A DNA stretch of 64,000 nt, taken from NCBI GenBank assembly GCA_964496095.1, contig CAZBWU010000001.1:185474-249473 (forward strand). The letters run 5' to 3'. Below the pieces are notes generated by a model. It ran no database searches. It saw only the letters and a program-made list of their open reading frames with translations, and had not been told where the DNA came from. Shown here piece after piece: positions 57,700-64,000 of this stretch. Origin of the DNA: an uncultured Gammaproteobacteria bacterium (GTDB lineage: Bacteria; Patescibacteriota; Patescibacteriia; Magasanikbacterales; GWA2-37-8). The position numbers and the translations under genes were made by a program. Positions within the stretch are counted from its first letter, which is position 1. Every line of letters begins with the position of its first letter.

Positions 57700-58602
57700 A
57701 TGTTAGAAAAATGTTCAGTTATACTTTGTACCTTCAACCGGATTGATTATTTAAAAAAATCTATTCCAGCCCTATTAAGTTTGGATTATTTAGATTATGA
57801 AATAATTATAGTAAATGACGGATCAAGTGATGGCACAAAAATTTATTTAGATAGTTTGATAAATAATCCTAAAATTAAAGTTATCCATAATGAAAAAAAT
57901 TTAGGACTGAGCCTTTCCAGAAATATTGGTATACGTAAGGCTAGTTATGAAGTGGTGGCTTTTACTGACGATGATTGTGTGGTTGATAAAAATTGGTTAA
58001 AGTTTTTATTAAAAGGGTTTGAAGATAAAAGTGTTGGATTTGTGATTGGTCAAACTTTTTATGTGGCGCAAAATTATAAGGGTTATTTCCCCGAGAGGTT
58101 AGTGCAAAATATTGGAGCTAAGTGGCCAATGGGTTGCAATATCGCTTATAGAAAAAATGTTTTTGAAAAGTTTGGTTATTTTGAAGACAGATTTTTTAGA
58201 TTTGGTAACGAAGATTCAGAGATGGCTATTCGGGTTGTGGCGAGTGGATTAACTTTTACTAGGGAAGTAGAGGCTGTTATTTTTCACCAGGCGATGAATT
58301 GGCAAGTGCCACAACTATTGCGGTCGGCGCATAATTTTTCTGTATGGCCTTTATTAAAAAAAATGTATCCCAATCATTATTTATGCTTTGGGCCAAAAAT
58401 TAAATTTGGTTTTATTGTTGATGCCCGCGATTATCTGTATTTTTTGTTTTTGCCTATTTTTCTGCCTGTCTTATTTGCCCGTTATTTGTTACACGGCAAA
58501 AGGGATTTGAAAATATTTTTTACCAAATGGCCGGTTTATCTATTGTTAAAAAGGTACTATATTTACCGGGAGGCTGTTCGTCAAAGAACCTTTATGATTT
58601 AA
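57700..58602 (+). CDS. Glycosyltransferase family 2
   Basis: SVILCTFNR, VNDGSSD, FTDDD, EDSE. Confidence 0.93.
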   Translation: MLEKCSVILCTFNRIDYLKKSIPALLSLDYLDYEIIIVNDGSSDGTKIYLDSLINNPKIKVIHNEKNLGLSLSRNIGIRKASYEVVAFTDDDCVVDKNWLKFLLKGFEDKSVGFVIGQTFYVAQNYKGYFPERLVQNIGAKWPMGCNIAYRKNVFEKFGYFEDRFFRFGNEDSEMAIRVVASGLTFTREVEAVIFHQAMNWQVPQLLRSAHNFSVWPLLKKMYPNHYLCFGPKIKFGFIVDARDYLYFLFLPIFLPVLFARYLLHGKRDLKIFFTKWPVYLLLKRYYIYREAVRQRTFMI

Positions 58603-58727
58603 CGCTTGACTTTCTGGTCTGAGTATGTTATTCTTTAAGTATCAAAAAGAGCTTTCATAAAGAAATGCTCTTTTTTGTTAGCCATTTTTATGGTATCATT
58701 TATTAACTTAAGTAATAAAGTAAAAAT

Positions 58728-59948
58728 ATGTCAGAGATAACAAAAGCAATTCAGATGTTATGCGAGGAAAAAGGTCTTTCTACCGAATCGGTCATGGAGG
58801 CAATTGAGTTTGCTTTAGCTGCTGCTTATCGCAAAGATTTTGGTAATAAACAGCAAAATATCAAAGTGCAATTCAATCCAGAAAACGGCGATATGAAAGC
58901 TTGGGATGTCAAAACGGTAGTAGAGGATATTTCTGAAGAAGATCTAGAAGCAGCTCAGACCGAGCTTGCAGCGCGACGTGAAAAAGCCAAGGAAGAAAAA
59001 AGAGAGTTGACTGAAGAAGAAACTGCGGATTTGGTTCACTTTAATCCAAAAACAGAATTGATGATTACCTCTGCCAAAGAGATTGATAAGAAAGTAAAAT
59101 TGGGAGAGGTGATGGAAATTCCTTTGGAGATTACCCATGAGTTTGGTCGTATGGCTGCTCAGACTGCCAAGCAGGTAATTATCCAAAAAATCCGTGAAGC
59201 GGAAAGAGGTATCATGTTTAATGACTTCAAAGGCCAAGAAGGCCAATTGGTTATGGGTACAATTCAGCGCGCTGAAGCTCGCAAAGTTTTGGTTGATTTT
59301 GGTAAAGTGACCGGTGTATTGTTAGCTGATCAACAAAATAGCCGTGATAGATATAAACCAGGCGCTCGCATGAAGTTTTATTTATTATCTGTACAGATGA
59401 GTCCTCGCGGACTTGAGGTTCTATTGTCTCGCAGTGATGTGGGTATGGTTCGTGAAATTTTCAAACAAGAAATTCCTGAAATTAATGATGGTCTAATAGA
59501 AATAAAAGGTGTGGCTCGTGAAGCCGGTTTCCGTTCCAAAGTATCTGTCTCAACCAATGACAAATCTATTGATCCAATCGGATCTTGTATCGGTCAAAGA
59601 GGTAGTAGAATAAACACTATTATTGAAGAGTTGGGCGGAGAAAAGATTGATATTATTCAGTATAGTGAAAATACGGCTGAATATATTGCTCACGCTTTGG
59701 CGCCAGCAAAAATCTTGAATGTAAAATTAGATGAAGCTAATAAAGTGGCGGAAGTGAGTGTGGCTGCCGATCAATTTTCTTTAGCCATTGGTCGTAGCGG
59801 ACAAAATGTACGTCTCGCTGCTGATATGACTGGTTGGAGAATAGATGTGGTTGAAGATGGAGGTAAGCAGGAACTATCCAGTGATGAAGTGAAAGCGGAA
59901 GAAGTCGCTCCTGAAGTTGTTGAGGTAGAAGAAAAAAAGGAGGAGTAA
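58728..59948 (+). CDS. nusA: Transcription factor NusA
   Basis: FGRMAAQTAKQVI, S1 domain, KH domains (AREAGFRSK, AIGRSGQNVRLA). Confidence 0.98.
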   Translation: MSEITKAIQMLCEEKGLSTESVMEAIEFALAAAYRKDFGNKQQNIKVQFNPENGDMKAWDVKTVVEDISEEDLEAAQTELAARREKAKEEKRELTEEETADLVHFNPKTELMITSAKEIDKKVKLGEVMEIPLEITHEFGRMAAQTAKQVIIQKIREAERGIMFNDFKGQEGQLVMGTIQRAEARKVLVDFGKVTGVLLADQQNSRDRYKPGARMKFYLLSVQMSPRGLEVLLSRSDVGMVREIFKQEIPEINDGLIEIKGVAREAGFRSKVSVSTNDKSIDPIGSCIGQRGSRINTIIEELGGEKIDIIQYSENTAEYIAHALAPAKILNVKLDEANKVAEVSVAADQFSLAIGRSGQNVRLAADMTGWRIDVVEDGGKQELSSDEVKAEEVAPEVVEVEEKKEE

Positions 59949-59968
59949 ATTTAAATAATTAAAGCGTT

Positions 59969-60061
59969 TGTCATCCCGAGCGAGCCCTCAAGGGCGACGA
60001 GGGATCTTTCCGAGAAAGAGTTCTACTAACGGAAAGATTCTTCACTCCGTTCAGAATGACA
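59969..60061. repeat. Palindromic element, intergenic; near-identical to 62676-62767
   Basis: TGTCATCCCGAGCGAGCCCTCAAGGGCGACGAGGGATCTTTCC...GGAAAGATTCTTCACTCCGTTCAGAATGACA. Confidence 0.92.
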
Positions 60062-60080
60062 GTTAACCATTAACTTCTCT

Positions 60081-60833
60081 ATGTTTGCTCTCTTTCATAC
60101 TGTTCTCTATTTGCCAATTTTTAATCTTTTTGTTTGGTTGTACAATGTTATTCCCGGACATGATGTTGGTTTGGTAATTTTGGCGATTACTATTTTAGTT
60201 CGCTTAGCTTTATATCCGCTCACTAGCGCCTCTATCAAATCACAGCGTGCGTTACAAGATTTACAACCAAAAATGGCGGCTATCAAATTGCAATATGCGG
60301 ATGATAAGCAAAAGCAGACTCAGGCTATAATGGAAATGTATAAAAATAACAAAGTTAATCCGATGGCTTCCTGTTTACCGATGCTTATTCAGTTGCCAAT
60401 TTTGATTGCTCTTTATCAGGTTTTACAAGACGGATTACATTCCAAAAATTTGGTTGATTCTCTCTATCCGTTTATCCACAACCCAGGCACTATCAGTCAA
60501 ATCTCTCTTGGGTTTTTGAATATGGCTTCTCCTAATACGGTTTTGGCAATTTTAGCTGGTGCCGCCCAATTTTTCCAAGCTAAAACCATGATGAGAAAAT
60601 CTCCGCCAGCGCAAGCAGGCGAAGGCGCTAAAGATGAAGCGATGATGGCAATGATGAATAAACAAATGCTTTATCTTATGCCGGTAATGACTGTAATAAT
60701 CGGGTTTAAATTACCGGGTGGTTTGACTCTGTATTGGTTCTTCGGCACATTGTTGATGGTGTTGCAGCAAATACTTCTTACTAAAAAAAATACGCCTAAA
60801 GATGGAGTGATTGAGGGCGAACTCGTTAAATAA
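60081..60833 (+). CDS. yidC: Membrane protein insertase YidC/Oxa1 (short form)
   Basis: TILVRLALYPL, LQPK, VNPMASCLPMLIQLPI, GLTLYW. Confidence 0.95.
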   Translation: MFALFHTVLYLPIFNLFVWLYNVIPGHDVGLVILAITILVRLALYPLTSASIKSQRALQDLQPKMAAIKLQYADDKQKQTQAIMEMYKNNKVNPMASCLPMLIQLPILIALYQVLQDGLHSKNLVDSLYPFIHNPGTISQISLGFLNMASPNTVLAILAGAAQFFQAKTMMRKSPPAQAGEGAKDEAMMAMMNKQMLYLMPVMTVIIGFKLPGGLTLYWFFGTLLMVLQQILLTKKNTPKDGVIEGELVK

Positions 60834-60862
60834 TTAGTAGTCGGCATTAGGCAAATACGCGT

Positions 60863-61126
60863 ATGATAATTAATCTTCAAAAATTTTTACGCTTGCCGGT
60901 GTATACGGAATCAGGTATTAAGCTTGGTAAAATTGTTGATTTTGAAATGGATGTTGATAGTCAGACAGTGGTGCGATATTATGTTCGGCCAATTTTGTTT
61001 AGTGTAAAATCTTTTCTGATTCAGAATAGCCAAATCAAAGAAATTAAGGATGATAAGATAGTAGTCTATGATAGTGTTGTTTCCGACTATCAAGGCAAAA
61101 CTTCGGGTATGGCTTTAGAAGAGTAA
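60863..61126 (+). CDS. PRC-barrel domain protein
   Basis: LPVYTESGIKLGKIVDFEMD. Confidence 0.85.
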   Translation: MIINLQKFLRLPVYTESGIKLGKIVDFEMDVDSQTVVRYYVRPILFSVKSFLIQNSQIKEIKDDKIVVYDSVVSDYQGKTSGMALEE

Positions 61127-61131
61127 AATCT

Positions 61132-62187
61132 ATGAATACTTCCGACTCTTTGCAATTATCGCTAAAAAAAACTTTGGCCTATTTTGATTTAGCTAATTTC
61201 CCATTGACCAAAGAAGAGTTGTATAATTTTTTGTGGGAACCGCCACAGGTTAGTTACGCTGAATTCCTGTTGTCATTGCGAGACTACACCTTTGGTGAAG
61301 GCGAAGCAATCCCACTGTTTGGTAGTGCTAACAATGGGATTGCCGCGTCGTCTCAAAAAATTGGGACTCCTCGCAATGACACAGTGAAGTCGTTCATGAT
61401 GACAGAGCAAAATGGTTATTATTTTTTATCTGGCAGAGAAGAATTGGTTGAGACCAGGCGTTGTCGGTTGCTTATTTCTGAAAATAAATTAAAGATTGCG
61501 CGTCGAGCGGCTAGGATAGTACGGTCCGTGCCATTTTTAAAAGCGATTTTTGTCTGCAATACTGTAGGTGCGGAGCAGGCAACAGAGGATAGTGATATTG
61601 ATTTTTTTATTGTAACTGAAAAAAACAGGATTTGGATTGCCCGATTGTGGGTGACTTTTTTGTTAGGACTTTTTAGATTAAGGCGAGTAAATAATCGCAT
61701 TAAGAATAAAATTTGTTTGAGTTTTTATGTGACGGCCGATAGTCTGAATCTGGCGAATTTAAGAGTGGTTGATGACGATATTCACTTTGCTTATTGGATT
61801 AATCAGATGTTACCACTATATGACCCAGAAAATTATTATGCCAAATTTTTACAAGCCAATAGTTGGACAAAAAAATATTTGCCTAATATAAAATCTGAGA
61901 AAATGAGTTCGTATATTTTTAAGATTAGCGAATCAAAGTTAGGCAGAGTTTGGAAAAGAGCTTGGGAAAAAATGTGGACTGGCGCTTATGGTGATTTGAT
62001 TAATGGTGAAGCTAAAAAAATTCAGATTTCAAAGATGAAGTTTTCCGGCAAGAAAATAGTTAGGGGAGAAGATAAGGGTGTAGTTATTTCTGATCAGATT
62101 TTGAAGTTTCACGAAAAGGATACAAGGTTGGAATATAGAGAGGCTTGGTTAAATAAAGTTAATGTTATTCCGAACGAAGGAGCTTGA
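61132..62187 (+). CDS. Putative nucleotidyltransferase-fold protein with repeat-derived insertion
   Basis: TLAYFDL..FPLT.EEL N-terminus, DSDIDFFIV motif, KICLSFY. Confidence 0.7.
   Translation: MNTSDSLQLSLKKTLAYFDLANFPLTKEELYNFLWEPPQVSYAEFLLSLRDYTFGEGEAIPLFGSANNGIAASSQKIGTPRNDTVKSFMMTEQNGYYFLSGREELVETRRCRLLISENKLKIARRAARIVRSVPFLKAIFVCNTVGAEQATEDSDIDFFIVTEKNRIWIARLWVTFLLGLFRLRRVNNRIKNKICLSFYVTADSLNLANLRVVDDDIHFAYWINQMLPLYDPENYYAKFLQANSWTKKYLPNIKSEKMSSYIFKISESKLGRVWKRAWEKMWTGAYGDLINGEAKKIQISKMKFSGKKIVRGEDKGVVISDQILKFHEKDTRLEYREAWLNKVNVIPNEGA
61271..61381. repeat. Palindromic element (GTCATTGCGAG variant) in frame, 111 bp
   Basis: TGTCATTGCGAG...GAAGCAATCCCA ... TGGGATTGCCGCG...CTCGCAATGACA. 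Confidence 0.9.
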
Positions 62188-62299
62188 GCGATTGAGTTGA
62201 GCCTGCCTGCGGTAGGCAGGGAATCCCTTAAACACGGTATTTGCAATTACTATGCATAAGGGATCTTTCGACTCAGCTAAAGCCTCGCTCAAGATGACA
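62163..62299. repeat. Palindromic element supplying the stop of the upstream CDS, with nested CCTGCC...GGCAGG hairpin
   Basis: TGTTATTCCGAACGAAGG...[CCTGCCTGCGGTAGGCAGG]GAATCCCTTA...TAAGGGATCTTTCG...CTCAAGATGACA. Confidence 0.85.
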
Positions 62300-62307
62300 A
62301 CAAACGT

Positions 62308-63801
62308 ATGATTCTTAAAAAAATAGAAAATTTATTATTGTTAGCCTTTTTGTTTTTATTGCCTTGGCAAACTAGATATATCTGGCAGGAAGGGCAATTG
62401 AGCGGCGGGCATTGGGAGTATGGCACGTTTAGTATTTATGGGACCGAGATTTTGCTTTGGATAATTATTTTATTATTTTTTTTTCGTCATTTGTTTAATA
62501 AAGAAATGCGGCAGGGCTTTTTAACTAAAAAGAAGTTTTTTATTTTTCCAGTTATTTTTTTAGGGTTAATATGGTTGTCGCTTGGTTTCAGTGAAAATTT
62601 TTGGGTGTCATATCAGTATGTATTTAGATGGTTGGGGGCGATAGCCATGGCGATTGTGTTAACCAACCACACAAATGTCATCCCGAGCGAGCCCTCAAGG
62701 GCGACGAGGGATCTTTCCGAGAAAGAGCCTGTTAACGGAAAGATTCTTCACTCTGTTCAGAATGACAGTAAATTGTTTGCCTTATGGCTTAGCGCTGTAG
62801 TCCAAGGCCTGCTGGCAGTTTATCAATTTTTAACTCAGCATGTCTTTGCGAGTAAGTGGTTGGGAATGTCGGCGCAAGATGCGATGCAGGGCGGAGCGAG
62901 TGTGGTGGAGTTTGCAGATCAAAGATGGCTGCGCGCTTATGGTAGTTTTGGTTCGCCAAATTCTTTGGGGATATATTTGGCAGTGTTGTTAGTCTTGGGT
63001 TTTATTTTATATGTTAAAACCGAACGACCGTTTTATAAAATTTTAATTAGTGTCGGGCAATTAATTATTTTATCTGGCTTGCTGTTTTCTTTTTCTCGAG
63101 GAGCCTGGCTATCGGCTATAGTGGGCATAATTTGTTTGGCTGTCATTGTTTTTGTTGCCGGCTGTCATTCTGAGCAAGGCGAAGAATCTCTGTCCAACCA
63201 CTTGTCATTCCGACCGAAGTGGAGGAATCCCTTAAACAAAATACTTGCAAAGACGATGGATAAGGGATCCCTCGGCTTCGCTACGGTTCCGCTCGAGATG
63301 ACAATGCGAAAAGATTTTATTAAACAAGTTATTTTTATTTTAGTCTTAACTGGTTTTTGGGTAGGAATATTTTTTCCTATATTTAGCGCGCGATTTAATA
63401 TTCATAATCGGTTAGAAGTTTATTCTATCGCTGAAAGACAAAGCCAATATAAAGAATCTTTATCATTTATAAAGAACAAACCATTTTTTGGAGTAGGGCC
63501 AGCTCTCTATACATATACAGTCTCAAAAAAATATCCTAAATTAGCCTCATGGCAATTCCAGCCGGTTCATAATATTTATGTGTTGGCTGCGGTGGATTTC
63601 GGTGTTGTTTTTGTATTATTTTTGGGTTTAATTTTCTTAAGTTTAATTAAAAAAGTTTTTAAAAATAATCTTATTTTTCTTCCAGTTTTATTTACCTTGC
63701 TTATGGCCGGGCTCTTCGACCACTGGCTTTTTAGCATGTTTACAGGCCTTGTTTTTTACTGGGCTATTATTGGTTTAGGACAGGATAAGGTGAACTCTTG
63801 A
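62308..63801 (+). CDS. O-antigen ligase-like (Wzy_C/WaaL) membrane protein with two repeat-derived insertions
   Basis: RAYGSFGSPNSLG, FSFSRGAWL, PFFGVG, VHNIY. Confidence 0.88.
   Translation: MILKKIENLLLLAFLFLLPWQTRYIWQEGQLSGGHWEYGTFSIYGTEILLWIIILLFFFRHLFNKEMRQGFLTKKKFFIFPVIFLGLIWLSLGFSENFWVSYQYVFRWLGAIAMAIVLTNHTNVIPSEPSRATRDLSEKEPVNGKILHSVQNDSKLFALWLSAVVQGLLAVYQFLTQHVFASKWLGMSAQDAMQGGASVVEFADQRWLRAYGSFGSPNSLGIYLAVLLVLGFILYVKTERPFYKILISVGQLIILSGLLFSFSRGAWLSAIVGIICLAVIVFVAGCHSEQGEESLSNHLSFRPKWRNPLNKILAKTMDKGSLGFATVPLEMTMRKDFIKQVIFILVLTGFWVGIFFPIFSARFNIHNRLEVYSIAERQSQYKESLSFIKNKPFFGVGPALYTYTVSKKYPKLASWQFQPVHNIYVLAAVDFGVVFVLFLGLIFLSLIKKVFKNNLIFLPVLFTLLMAGLFDHWLFSMFTGLVFYWAIIGLGQDKVNS
62676..62767. 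repeat. Palindromic element in frame (VIPSEPSR...HSVQND)
   Basis: Near-identical to the intergenic copy at 59969-60061. Confidence 0.92.
63163..63303. repeat. Composite palindromic element in frame (CHSEQGEES...LEMT)
   Basis: Half element TGTCATTCTGAGCAAGGCGAAGAATCTCTGTC plus full element TGTCATTCCGACC...GAATCCCTTA...TAAGGGATCCCTCG...CTCGAGATGACA. Confidence 0.9.
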
Positions 63802-63825
63802 CAGTTTTTTTCTTTGTAGTAAAAT
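63798..63825 (+). promoter_or_regulatory. groES promoter
   Basis: TTGACA-N16-TAAAAT. Confidence 0.6.
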
Positions 63826-63835
63826 GGCTCTACAA

Positions 63836-63862
63836 TTATCACTCGTATTTATTGAGTGATAA
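63836..63862 (+). promoter_or_regulatory. CIRCE-like operator (HrcA site), variant
   Basis: TTATCACTC-N9-GAGTGATAA versus consensus TTAGCACTC-N9-GAGTGCTAA, upstream of groES. Confidence 0.85.
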
Positions 63863-63912
63863 AAATTTATTAATTATTCGCCCCGCTGAGTAGGGCCTAA
63901 TTCATTTCGAAT

Positions 63913-64000
63913 ATGAACATTAAACCATTAGGAGACAACGTATTGGTCAAACAAATTAAGGCAGATGAAGTCACATCTTTCGGTTTGGTTTTACCGGAAA
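63913..64000 (+). CDS. groES: Co-chaperonin GroES (partial, runs off the window)
   Basis: MNIKPLGDNVLVKQIKADEVTSFGLVLPE; not in the ORF track. Confidence 0.9.
   Translation, partial: MNIKPLGDNVLVKQIKADEVTSFGLVLPE

Noticed and set aside
418-61700. Many short ORFs overlapping long genes in the ORF track
   Set aside because: Shadow ORFs of well-supported genes with no recognisable motifs.
1-64000. Alternative genetic code (UGA=Gly) or a prophage
   Set aside because: Conserved genes are full length under the standard code, TGA ends genes at 62187 and 63801, and no phage structural, terminase or integrase genes are visible.

Overview
Chromosomal segment of a low-GC bacterium using the standard code. 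Its gene content (VirB2/TrbC-like pilin fusion, cupin-type GPI, lemA/htpX, split ComEC, domain-inserted LeuS) fits Patescibacteria/CPR; that assignment is inference. The backbone is housekeeping: radA, clpC, PMM/PGM, htpX, lemA, rseP, pheS/T, dnaE, tsaD, two tRNAs, two HU genes, rny, truB, infB, trxA, leuS, comEC, nusA, yidC and the start of groES with a variant CIRCE. Two things stand out. (1) Downstream of tRNA-Glu, unrelated single genes, most with their own sigma70-like promoter, are separated by a conserved 30-33 bp direct repeat (4 clear copies, 2 degenerate). This looks like a gene-cassette array, and no integrase is visible in the window. (2) A family of TGTCAT...ATGACA palindromic elements occurs at about 13 sites. 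Seven lie in frame inside genes (tsaD x2, truB, comEC, a putative nucleotidyltransferase, an O-antigen-ligase-like gene x2). A second 44-bp hairpin family with covarying stems sits both upstream of and inside dnaE. LeuS carries an inserted HAD domain of about 200 aa. All calls were made by eye, without database searches.
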